Assembly (NCBI GenBank): GCA_050575255.1
Contig: JBNZDD010013725.1
Location: forward strand, 4,970,550-5,034,549
DNA length: 64,000 nt
Origin: Harriotta raleighana
Taxonomy: Eukaryota
Direction: 5' to 3'
This document shows, piece after piece, positions 37,233 through 49,604 of this stretch; the stretch's first letter is position 1; each line of letters starts with the position of its first letter. The position numbers and the translations under genes were made by a program. The notes under the pieces are model-generated. The model had not been told where the DNA came from. It did no database searches and saw nothing but the letters and a program-made list of their open reading frames with translations.

Positions 37233-39859
37233 TCTCTCTCTCCCACCGTCTAATAAATAATCCTTGCATTTGCTATAAGAAGTCATCGAGATATCTCAAA
37301 GTTCTTCACAAGAGAGTGAAGTGTAATAACTATATAAGGCATACATAGCAGACACCGGGAGAAATACTCATCAATTTTTAAGCAGTGACAAAGGATCTTT
37401 AATGTATTAGAGCAGCAGCCGAGACTGAGCTCAAAGTCGTGATGTAGGGCTTGAACTCTTAATCCTCTGACTCACGAAGTGAGAGTGCTACCAACTGAGG
37501 CACCATAACACTTTCCTTCAACTCCTTTACACCATCCCCAAACTGACATGGCCATGTTTTCCTAGATCAGTCACATGGTTTCCTAGATCAGTCACATCAG
37601 TCTAAACCTTCGTTTCTTAATTAAAAAACAGGCAAATAACCTTGAGTTTCATGCACGCCCATCTCTATTTCCAGTTCAGTCTTTCCAATCAGCCTTCTGA
37701 GACTTCATGGCCCTAAAGCAATAAAGCCTTGAAGCTTAAAAGCCCCAATTTGTCACACATGCAGATGCAATGCACAGCAAATACTTTCTCAACTATCGGA
37801 TTCAACTTTAAGTAGTCACAGACTGCATGGTGCACATTTCCTTATCTTAATGTGATCAGAGAAAGATTGAAGATAATAACATTGCCTTCGAGTTCATAAG
37901 GTTTTTTATTGTCAAGCTTTGGCTCAAAAAGATTGAATGAAATGAGATTTGTTATGTAACCACCTTTTCCCAACTTTCAGGCCGCCCCCAGCCTCACCAA
38001 AAAAAAACAATGAACAAGAATCTATACTGTGAAGTTGAACAAAGGACCATTTCGCTCTATGATTCCTGAACGGGACTCCAAATTTCTTTTACCTCTTTTG
38101 TTACATGTTTTTTTTGATCAAATCTGTTGGAAAACATGGCAATTTCCGATCGGTTACTAAATTTGATTACAATTGTATAGCGACTGGTTTGAGTGGGCAG
38201 CTCTCTGCACAATAGGTTGTGTTCTTGAAAGATGGCTGAAAATCTCAGAATCGACATCATCGTTGCTGACTACAGCAATCTTTGGAAATGATTCGCGTAT
38301 ATATGACAGTGTGCCATGTTTTGTTAGCAAACATTACAATTTTCACTCCAAAAATTTTTTATTTTCAAAAGTACAGTAATAACCTCTCCATTTGATTAAA
38401 CATCTTTCAGATCAAGAGAACTTCTTGAAATGCTTCACAGAATCTACTGTAAAGTGCAGTAGTCATTTTGTAGGTGAATGCAGCAGCCAATTCAAACAAT
38501 ATTCAATATGACGTGTATGATCAAGTTTATTTGGAAGTATTGTTGGCCAGGACATGGGGGGTGAATTCCCTTCACTTTTTGAGAAGTGACATTCGATTTT
38601 TAATTTCCATCTGTACAGACAGACAAGACCTTGATTTAATGTCAAATCCAAAGGTCAAATTTTTGTTCTTGTTCCTTCTCGCTGCCCACTGAAACCAGTC
38701 GCTATACAATTGTAATTTGTTGTTGTTCTCATGGACTTTTTAAATACCTCTTCAGAAAGCTCACCATCCAGGTAATCAAAATAATTCTTGCATTTGATAC
38801 AGCACCTTATCTATCAGGTCTTCGAAACGTCTCAAAGCATTTCACAGAATATACAAAAACAGTGAATTGACTGTACATTTTGTGAGCGAAAAAGCTACCA
38901 TCTGCCTGCTGACCAATACCATTCCCATTCTGACAACAAGAGGCAAAAAGAAGAAATAAAGCTACCGTCAAGTATAATACACGACTTTCCTGCAACCACA
39001 AGTGCACTTTACACAATGCATATAAAAGTGACAGAACCGATATTGGTGGCCAACGATAAGATTCAGTCCACTTCACCGTCAATTTTCACCACCTACATTT
39101 CCATTTATTTTCCACTTCCAGTTAAGTGTTGTTTCCTCTGCTCTTAATTTTTATTTTTCTCTTTGCTTCCTTCCTTTTCTCAACTACTTTCTATTGTGTC
39201 ATTCCCATATCAGTTTCCTTCTGTCTCTATTTCCATTGTTCATTTTCTTGGTTACTATCCTCAACATTTTCTAGTTATTCCGTCGTCAGTTTCAATTGTA
39301 TTTTTTTTCCTGTTCTCGTGGTCTCAGTTTCTTTTCTTTCTATCCTCACTCATGTCCATATGTAGAAAGAGTACAAATCTAGACCTAGGTCTACACTTAA
39401 GGTATTATTTTGGAGCCTCTAGAATTTGGCAAACTCTTAAAAAGAACATTTATAGCACACAGACTATGTCTTGGGAGTGCTTTAGAGGAATTGGAGTTGG
39501 AAACCAAGCAATGAAGATGGGGAGGTGGCCATAGACTTCATTCTGAAGTTTTTTTTATATGTGTATTTAAAGAATTGCAGAAACTGATCTCAAGTTTAAG
39601 ACTGAAATGAAGATGAGCGAAATTCTGGACATTCTATCATAAAATATAGAACAATAATAATAATGTTTGCATTTCATAGAGTGCATTTCATGTAGGGAAA
39701 GTTGTGTTAACAGAATTTATTGTAAAGTGGAGTGACTGTATTTGGTAAGTGAAAGCAGCAGCCGATTTGTGCACACCAATGTCCTACAAACATCATTAAG
39801 AGAATAAAAAGAACATCAAAATTACATTTGTATAGTGCCTTTGTATAGCGGTTTCTTTT

Positions 39860-40909
39860 CTGGCCACCTGTGGTGTCCCCCAGGGCTCTGTCCTTGGCCC
39901 CTTACTTTTCAACTTATACATGCTCCCACTTGGTGACATCATCCGCAGGCATGGGGTTAACTTCCACACGTATGCGGATGACACCCAACTCTATCTCTCT
40001 GCCTCTACCCTCGACTCCAGGACTACCACTGTCCTGACAGATTGTCTGTCAGATATCAAGTCCTGGATGAGATCTAACTTTCTACTGTTGAACATCAACA
40101 AAACTAAGGCCCTACTGATTGGCTCACGCCAACGCCTCCTTGCATCAGGCGCTGGCAGCATCAACCTCCATGGTTGCACACTCAACCTCACTAAGCCAGT
40201 CAGGAACCTAGGTGTCTTGTTCGACCCTCATCTGTCTTTCCTCCCTCACATCAAAACAATGACTCGCTCTGCCTTTCCCTACCTCCGCAACATTTCCCGA
40301 CTCCGCCATTACCTCACCCCAAAAGCCACTGAAACCCTCATCCATGCCTTCATTACATCCTGGCTCGATAATGCAAATGCTTTGCTGGTTGGCCTCCCCA
40401 ATTCCTTCCTCCACAGGCTGGAGTTGATCCAAAATTCAGCAGCCCATATCCTGTACCATTCCAAACTTTGTGACCCCATCTCTCCCATTCTTGCCCGACT
40501 CCATCGGCTTCCCATCATCTAGAGGATCCAATTCAAGATCCTGGTCCTCACAAATAAAGCCCTCCACAACCTCGCCCCACCCTACATCTGTGACCTCCTA
40601 TCACCTTACCAACCTGCCCGCCCCCTCCGTTCAGCAGACTCTGACCTGCTCCATGTCCCCGACCCATCCACCCAACCATGGCGGGAGAGCCTTCAGTCAT
40701 TCTGGAACTTCATCCTGAAGTCCCTCCTCCTTGCACCCTCCCTGGCCTCCTTCAGGTCTCGCCTCAAGACTCTCCTCTTTGATGATCTCATCGGCGACTC
40801 CTTTCCCCTCCTACGTCCTTAGCTCAGGTCTGAAGTAGTAACCTCTCCAGCACCTTGGGACGTCCTCCTGACGTGAGAGGCGTTATACAAATGTAATTTT
40901 GTTGTTGTT
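39860..40909 (+). mobile_element. L2-clade LINE, 5'-truncated (~1.05 kb), RT C-terminal half plus 3' tail
   Basis: [41 protein letters not shown] (YADD RT motif); ORF 39920-40522; ends aaatgtaattttgttgttg. Confidence 0.95.
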
Positions 40910-42439
40910 TCACATCAGGAGGACGTCCCAAGGCACTGGAACCAATTGAATATAGGGGAGTTGTTGTGTAGCACACTGAGAGAAACGCCTTTTTCTTTTC
41001 AAATAGTGCCATGAGATCTTTAACATTCACTTGAACATGCAGATAGAAACTTGATTTAATATCTCATCCGAAGGATAGCTGTTCCAACAATGCAAAGTCA
41101 GCATAAACTGTGAGCAAGTGATTAAATCCAGACCTGAATGCTATTTCTCTCATATACATTTTCACTAGAATTCAGCTTAAATAACACGTTGTTATTTCAC
41201 AGAATACTGTTTACATAGATTCCAGGAAGAATCTAGGGTTTCCTGGATCCAACGTACTGTGTAGTAAGCAGCTGTTGTTTCAATGAAGCAAAGCAACTGG
41301 TTTTAATACAATTTAAATTTCATGAATTTTTCATTCAATTAAGTAATGTTGTAGTTATTATATCAATGTCTTCAAGTGTAATTGAAGTTAATCTTTTAAA
41401 ATACTTCCTCTGTAATCGGGCAGTTTTATTTCCGAGAACAATAATTCATATTTATATGGCACATTAGAACTCATCCAGGACTTGACAGACAATCAATCAG
41501 TTCAGCAATGGTCCTGCAATGAAATCTAGTCTAGGCCAATACTTATGCAGTAATGGGGTTGCACTGGATTTTGTTGTTGTTTTGTTGTTGTTGTTGCACT
41601 ACATTGTTGGAGGTGCCACCTTTCTCTTGAGATGTTAAAACCGAGGTCCCACCTGGCTGTTCAGATGGATGTTAAAGAAACCATTATTCAAAAAAGAAGG
41701 CACAATTCAAAGAGAGAAGTGAGTTTCTCCTCGTATCCGGGTCAATAATCCTCCAAATATAATCATCATTAACTTTGTGGCTCTTGGTGGGATGTTGCTT
41801 GCTGGTGCTCTCCTACAAAATACAGTCACTACACTTTACAGCATATCCTGTAAAGCGCTTCGCTGCATTCTGCAGATGTCCAAAGTGCTGCGTCAAATGT
41901 ACGATTACTGTTATGATGTATGATTTTCTCTGTGCACCACACTGAGAAAATCAAAGTGACTTTCAACTCGATGTACAATGGAACCAATTAGTGCATGCAA
42001 CAAAAGCTCCCCATAAAGAGATAACACTTCCTCCCCACTCCNGTGACTTTCAACTCGATGTACAATGGAACCAATTAGTGCATGCAACAAAATCTCCCCA
42101 AAATCTCCACTCATCCCATCTCAACTTGCTATCAACAAAAGTGTTGCCTTACACACAGCTTTCTCCAGTTAAAATGTACGCCTGTGTGCAGTCTCCTGAT
42201 ATCAGATATTAACAATAGGATGTAAAAAGCAATGAGGAGGACACCAGGGTCTGAAGCAGTAACTAAGAGGCTGGGTATGCTGTTCAGCCAGTTTTCTGTG
42301 CAGCTCAAGACTATTTCCATGGCAACAAACAGCCACAGCAGGTAATTGTGAGTATTACTATTGAAACGATGCTCTGCAATCTACCAATGATACACCCTCA
42401 GTGAATTTGCTTGATCGGCCAGAATCCTCTCACAATATT

Positions 42440-44120
42440 AATCCTCCCATTAACCAACGTCCTCTCCTCCATCCCTACCTACACCCCTGTAGCCGGCTGA
42501 TGCTGTCCCGCTGATCATTCACTCCTGGTCTCTGCGTGCGCGTTTTGGCTGGCACCCTGACCCGAGTCTCCCCCACCACCGTAAATGCCCCTCCTCCCAC
42601 CCCACTTATATCCGCTAATCTCAGTCTGTCCTTCTGTCCCACTGCCCCTCCCGCCTTCTCTCTCTCCTGGACCCCATCACCACTTCCCTCTGCTCCAGAC
42701 TGGGCATCCTCCACCAGGCCCATCATGGCTCCCGGTGCTGGTTGTCCCAGAGCAGCCACCCCAACTGTCCCAAAATTCACTCCCTCTACACAAACTGCTT
42801 CCATAAGGCAAACACTACTTCCTCTCCATCATACGTACCCTCTCCAATTCTCTACCATCCTCACACTTCACAGCCCTCTCTTCCGCACAACCGGAAATCT
42901 TCTCCTTACCATTCTCTCCTCTGGCTCCCCTCCCAACCAGCAAACCCATCTGCATTTCCCTTCAAAACATCTGTTCCCTCTCCAATAAAGCCCTCACTAT
43001 CTATGACCACATTCTGGATGAGCACATTGATATTCTTGGGCTTACGGAATCCTGGTTCTCCCCCAGGGAACCCGTCCCACTAGTTGAAACCTCCCCTCCA
43101 GGCTACACCTTCTACCACACCGCCCACCCAAACCAACGTGGCAGCCCTCATCTCTGAAGCTTCCCTTGGTTTTTCCCTTTATTCCTCTGGCTGCTTCCCC
43201 TCTTTCTAGCACCAGATCATCTACTATGCTTNGGGAACCCGTCCCACTAGTTGAAACCTCCCCTCCAGGCTACACCTTCTACAACACCGCCCACCCAAAC
43301 CAACGTGGCAGCCCTCATCTCTGAAGCTTCCCTTGGTTTTTCCCGTTATTCCTCTGGCTGCTTCCCCTCTTTCTAGCACCAGCCCATCTACTATGCTTCN
43401 CCCCTCTTTCTAGCACCAGATCATCTACTATGCTTCTCTCTCACTGAAAATTCTTCTGGTCAACTGCTCCACCTAAACTCCCTGGCTCCTTCCTCTCTGA
43501 CATCTCCACTCTCCTCTCCTCCTTGTCCCTCTGCTTTAAACTCCTGCTCATAATGGGCGACTTCCACCTCCATCTAAACTCCCCTTGCACTACATCCTTT
43601 GACTTCACTGCTCTCCTCTCCTCCCTAAACCTCACCCTCCGCATTTACTCACCAATCCAAAACCATGACCACCCTGTCGACCTCATCATCACACATGGCC
43701 TTGACATCTCCAACCTGTGCATAATGGACAAGGTCATCCCGGACCACTTCCTCATCTCTTTCTCCTCTCGCATCCCTCTCTCCTCCACCAAGCCCTCAAC
43801 CATACTTTTCCACTGATGGAAAAGGCTTTCCACTGAGAACCTCACAAAGGCCCTCTCATCCACAGACCTCCTATCCCCCTGGCCTTCCACCTGCAGTGTT
43901 CCTGAGGCAGCCATCAAGCTGCTTCTTGATTGCCTCTCCTCTACCTTCAAGTCTCTCGTCCTCCTGAAATCCAGGACCATCTCCAAACCCACCCGATCCC
44001 CCTGGTACAGTGGCCACCTCCGCTCCCTGAAATCTCATACCCAGCTGCTCGAGCGCAGGTGGCAGAAAACCAGCCTCACTATTTACCACCAGCTGTGGCT
44101 TGAGCATCTTCACAGCTACA
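42440..44120 (+). mobile_element. Degraded L2 LINE 5'/endonuclease (APE) region
   Basis: C-rich; translation includes LLIMGDFHLHLN and HDHPVDLII (APE-type motifs); many frameshifts and stops. Confidence 0.8.
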
Positions 44121-44969
44121 TTATAACACAGGCACTAAATTGCACTAAACCTTCTCAGGTCACATTCACAGTGTTCCTGCCCAGCTCGTTAAGTGCTCTG
44201 AGATGTTACCCTGTGTGGAGGCCACTATATAAGTGTAAGAAGTTGTTAAATTGCTTTTTGCTGGGAGGCGATTTACGTCATATTGGAAACGTCTTACACA
44301 GTGCATACGTTCAGTGCTTCTTATACAAAAACAAATGTACCAGAAAGCCTTACAAATATTATGAAGTGAACCCATTATAACCCGCTTCACTATAGTACAA
44401 GTTCACTTATAACAAAATTGAACTGTGGACCCCATTCACTGTATGTTTCCCATCCATAAGTATGCAGCTGGTCCCCTTGTTTCTCCCTCACTAGCTCACA
44501 AAATACACAGTCACTGCACTTTACAGTATATCCTGTATGTATGTGAAGTAATTTGAGACGTGATAAGGTACTATATCAAATGCAAGGATTATTACTATTG
44601 CTGAATTCCCTTGTTTGTGCTGACTCTCCATGCTAAAATGGCTGATTCAGGTCATTTGGTCACCCCCCACTTCACTTCCTCCATTGTTGCTCATGTGCAA
44701 AGCAGGAAGGAAAATTGGAAGGGATTTAATAATCCAGACATTTTCGCTTTCTGGACCAAGAAAATATATTGTTAGCTTTCAGTTCATGGAATCACCAAGA
44801 ACATCACTTATTGCTTTGCACATGTGCAGAAAACAGGATGTTGGCTGAGACACAATGAACCAGAAGTTAGACTTTTTTTCTTTTTAGTATGGGAACCATA
44901 CATGGTTATGTAGTTAGACCTACATATTGGTCTAACTACATAGATATGTAGTTATATCACATCTTCATA

Positions 44970-44985
44970 TCACTTTTTGGCAAGT
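44970..44985 (-). CDS. PARD3: Candidate alternative terminal micro-exon of PARD3 (short isoform ending ...MFRLAKK*)
   Basis: Minus strand reads tttatgctctctaggtttag|A CTT GCC AAA AAG TGA. Phase fits the 51168 donor; resembles my recollection of the mammalian short-isoform ending MFSLAKLKPEKR*. The match is very short. Confidence 0.4.
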
Positions 44986-45715
44986 CTAAACCTAGAGAGC
45001 ATAAAGTTTAGATAACTACTAGTAGTTTCTCCCACATAAATAGAGTCAATTCACTTTACAGTATATTCTGTGAAGCACTTTGAGATGCCTGGTAGATGTG
45101 AAAAGTACTGTATAAAATCCAAGGATTATTATTATATAATAGAGTAGCAAGAACGCGGAACTCACTGCTGCCAGCCAGAATCACTGCAAATAGGATCAAT
45201 GTGATTAAAAGAAAATGTCATGTATATATGAAGGAAAAGTGAATAGCTGGGTATAGGAGGGGAATAAAAGGTATAGGCCTCATATGAAGTTTAAATACCG
45301 GCATGCACTATTTGGGACCATTGATCCATTTCCATACCCTGTAGCTATGATTGGGATTTTATGGATTCCAAGGATGGTGTTATAATGAACCTGGGTTGTA
45401 TAATTGATTAGAAATGAAATGAATGTTAATGTGTAAACAATTGCACCAGGTAATCTGCTCCAGCAATGTCTCATAAATAATGAGATGAGCTGCCGAGTAA
45501 TTTGGGGGAAATTCGGATTATTGGGAGAACATAAACAAGGTTAACTAAGAGAAATACTCCATGTAAAAAATAACTAAAAAAACATGAGTAATTTGTCACT
45601 CAATCCATTTAATTGGATGCCGCATTTCGTAAACAAATATAGTCAATTCACTTTACAGTATATTCTGCGAAGTGCTTTCAGTTGTAAAAAGCAATGTATC
45701 AAATGCAATGATTAT

Positions 45716-45870
45716 TCATAGAATCTTATGGCACAAAAGGAGGCCATTCGGCCCATCGAGTCTGTGCTGGCTCTTTAAAAAGAGCAATTTAATCCCACTC
45801 CCCAGTTCTCTCCCCAGCTCTGTCCCCTCGCAAACCCTTCCTCCCCAAATAAATGTCTACCTCTCTTTTC
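45716..45870 (-). mobile_element. CR1 3'-end fragment at a SINE tail
   Basis: catagaatcttatggcacaaaaggaggccattcggcccatcgag...; reverse complement of the insert at 37004-37134. Confidence 0.8.
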
Positions 45871-46884
45871 AATAATAAATAATAATCCAAATCATAATAA
45901 TCCAAATAATCATCCAATTAAGTGGATCGAGTGACAAATTACCAGTGATTTTTTAGTTGTTTTTACATGGAGTAATAATTATTTAAGAATTATTTATTAT
46001 TGTGTATCTTTGAAGTTGCACATGGCAAGTAACTTTATGCCCACTTGCATCACAAGGCAGACAAAGCCTAAAACAAATAATATTATCAAAGAATGGGAGG
46101 ATCATATAGAATGATATAATAAAATGGTATATAATCTAGAATATATAATGCTGGCATTTGATATAGTGCTTTAACGTCTCTAGGAGACATCTCAAAACAC
46201 TTCAAAGAATACTGTAAAGTGGCTGATTGGCTGTAGATTTTGTGGGTGAAACATCTGACAGTGGTACAAAATCTAGAGCAAGGGGACACGGTGGGGAACA
46301 AACTCAGAAAAGGGCAGGTGAGCAGACATTTCAGTTTGAATCACTGTGCACAGAGAGTGGTGAATATGCAAATAAACAACCCAGGTGGTGGAGACAGACT
46401 TTGCCAGTAAATTCAAATGGGAATTAGTTAGTTGGCAAAGAATTTGATTGAGGTGTATGAGAGATAGAATAGTTCAGGCTTATTCATTATTTTCAAATTT
46501 CATTTCTTCACTTTGAGACAAGCCAGATGGATCGCAAAGGTCATTTCAATCGACGGTATTAGACCAAAGCGACCTTTGCAATCCAATACCTTTCTTTGTT
46601 TCTATATAAACTGGGCACCTTTTACACTGGGGTCCCTTCTATCTGAAACATACACTATTTTAAATAGTACTACAGTAATATACACGTACAGTACAGTACT
46701 TCACTTGCAAATGAATGTACTTTTCTCGCTAAATCCTTAAGGTAAACTTCTACCTTTAGTCTAGACTTTTGTAATGTAGCATTTCAGAATTTTTCTAATT
46801 CCTATATACAGTCTTTAATTTTCAAGCTTGTTTTCTGTTAAGTTCTTTTAATAACTATAGTAAAGTAGTTTTAAAGTTAGATGC

Positions 46885-47340
46885 CAGTCTGGCTCCCAAC
46901 TCTGCGAGTCAGGAGGTTGGAGATTCAAGCCTGACATCCAAACCTTTGAGCCCATAATTTAGGCTGACAACTCTTGTGAAATGTTGGGGAGGGATGCATT
47001 GACAGAGGTTCTGTCCTGCAGATGAGATGCTGAACCGAGATCTCGCCTGTCTGTTTATTAGGCTACTAAGGATCGCAAGGCAAAATTAAAGGGAGAAGGG
47101 AACTTCCCTCTGTTTCCTGACCAACAACTCCCCAGATAAAATTGGTCATTCACTTCATGACTATTTGTAGGACATTGCTGTGCACAAATTGTTCACTGCA
47201 TAAATACACAGTCATAACCATTCATAGTAATTCCTATGAAGCACCTTGAGATATTTCAAAGACGTGATAAGGCACATCGTTGACACCGACATCATTACAA
47301 GGCACTTTGTATTTGTATTATCAAACACAAGGATTATGAT
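46885..47340 (+). mobile_element. Old, near full-length Deu-domain SINE (SacSINE1/AmnSINE-like)
   Basis: tRNA head (ctgcgagtcaggaggttggagattcaagcc), central taggctgaca...cagatgagatgctgaaccgaga domain, and the same 3' half as the younger SINEs. Related pieces at ~21200-21680, 32330-32640, 41590-41910, 60210-60540, 62985-63420. Confidence 0.7.
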
Positions 47341-49604
47341 GGCTGAATTCAACAATCTTTCAGCACAATTCTGCAGCCTCTGTAATGCTATGTTACTAAC
47401 ATAGAGTAAATCTGAACCCAGGTGGAATGTCTACCCTCCAGTCTGCTCTGATCTCTTTATGCTTTTGGGTCATCAATACTTAAACATTCTGCTGGGAAAC
47501 CCAACTTCATTAAATTTTCAGACTCAATCCCCAGGCAGCACAGCATCAAATCTACTTGAGAAGTTCAGGCATCTTCATCCTCCACTTAAATTTTAAAAAA
47601 GGAAAGTGTCAGCACACGCTTGCTTCAAAGTGGCAGACAGAAGCAGGTGCAGGCTATGTGCCCCGCAGTGCCCCAAACAGCTTATGTACAGAACAGATAC
47701 CATAGCAGAATATCCGCTCCACAAGTTATTTAAACACAATGAAGTCTCAGTCGGAAGATACAGTAGAAGAGGTGGTATTCTAATAACCACAAACAGCATT
47801 TGTATAGACATTTTGTGTCGCGAGGCTGTCTCAAGGCACTGGATAATAAAAATAATAAGTCATAATAATCTTTACATATGATATAGTGCCTTATCACACC
47901 GTTGAGATGTCTCAAAGTTCATCAACAACAACAACATTACTTTATAGGCTTCACAGAATATACTGTAAATGAATGGACGATATAGTTCATGGGCAAAAAA
48001 GAGAGGGGGAAGATAATAATAATAACCTTTCTTGCATTTGATATAGTGCTTCATCATGTCATTGAGATTTCTCAAGGCACTCTGCAGAATAAATACTAAA
48101 GTATGGTGACTGCGCATTTTGTGGGTGAACATCAATTTCAGAGCAGTGTACGACAAAAACATTATTTATACACTCATAGTATACACGAGGAAACAATCAC
48201 AAGGGTCCACCACAACGTAAAAGCAGGGAAACAAGAGATGAAAAATTAAAATATTTGCTCCCGACACACACGACAAGTTAGTGCTGCTCGCCTCTGGGAA
48301 TCATGTTCTGGGTCAGTAATGCAGTGTGCATTAATGCGCTGTCAGTGACGCTTCTTCAAAGGGGATCCGGGAAATCCTTGCAGTTCTGCAGATACCCAAC
48401 TGTTTTCTTTGTTTTGTTTTTTAAAAAAAAGGAAAATAGGAAACACAGGAATAAAAAGTGGCAAGTGAGGGAACCGATGAGGCTTTATATTTTGCCAGAC
48501 CAAGACAGAAATTGCAACAAAAAAAATCTTTGATTTCGCCAACTACTTCCAGTGCACAGCAGCTCTATCCTGTGATAATTGATCACTGTCCTCAGATTAG
48601 AAGAGAACAAGCCTTAAAAGCTTAAATGCGCTCATGGCATCTGATTTGATGACTCCGGTTACTTGTCTTCTAAAAATAATGGGCATCGTACAGGTGTTCG
48701 GGAGGTGTTCTGTGAACATGTAATATAGCTTTTCTCTTTGGTTGCAATTAATTGCAATCCCCATGAGCGAGCTTCATTCGGTGCCTTCCTGAAATTCATC
48801 ATAATGGTAAAATAACAGCATAATCATTTCTAAAGTTTATACGCTCACGTCTTGCAGCAAATCCATCTGGGAGACGCACAGTAATGATTCCGCGCTAAAG
48901 TGGGAGCAGTGTAACATGCTTCCTCTTCTGGGATTTGGCTACTTATGCCATGACTTAATGAGGATCCGAGTACAAAATCCTGCAATTTTAATTGAGGAAC
49001 GCCAGACTTTGTGCGCCACATTATGGAGGAGCACGTATAGCGGTTGTCAGATTGAATCGTTGCGTGAAGAGTCCCTGGGCAAAACCCCAGGCTTGAAAAT
49101 GTGACTATCGCTTACACTGATTCAGTCCATTATAAGGAATAATTCAAATCAACAAAAAAAACGACCTAAATAATATTTTAAATGAAACCACTGAATCAAG
49201 GAAATGAAAGCCTTGAGAGAGAGAGAAACAAACATTCACAAGGTTTTACAAATGAAACCCACTTTCCGTAGCCGTACTGTTTTCCTGGACGATAATTATA
49301 ATAGTAATCTTTAAATTTGGCTTGGGAGTCTTTCATGTCGGGAGGACTTCTGAAAGGGTTTCACAGGGCATAGTGTAAAGTTCAGTGACTGTATTTTGTA
49401 GGTGAACATATCAACCAATTTGCACAAAGCTTTGTCCACCACACGACCATGAAGTGAATAACCAATTTTATCAAGGGGATAGTTAGCCAGAGAACTGGAA
49501 ATCTTTCCGTTTCTTTTCAGTTAGTGCCATGGAATATTTAATATCCACCTGATCAAGCAGACAGGACAAACAGTGCAGTACTGCATAACAGTGTCAACTT
49601 ACTA

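Noticed and set aside
35437-37598. Short perfect tandem duplications at ~35437-35473 (16 bp) and ~37557-37597 (~21 bp)
   Set aside because: Ordinary slippage-type duplications with no further structure.
38026-38378. CpG-richer segment bounded by tactgt...acagta as a TIR element
   Set aside because: Inverted match is only ~6 bp plus weak extension; insufficient to call.
39920-40522. Longest ORF (200 aa) as a host gene
   Set aside because: It is a 5'-truncated L2 reverse-transcriptase fragment with a premature stop.
41956-42101. Direct repeat of ~55-60 bp around the n at 42042
   Set aside because: Same n-junction overlap pattern; likely artefact.
43066-43440. Duplications within the L2 endonuclease region around n at 43232 and 43400
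   Set aside because: Same n-junction overlap pattern; likely artefact.
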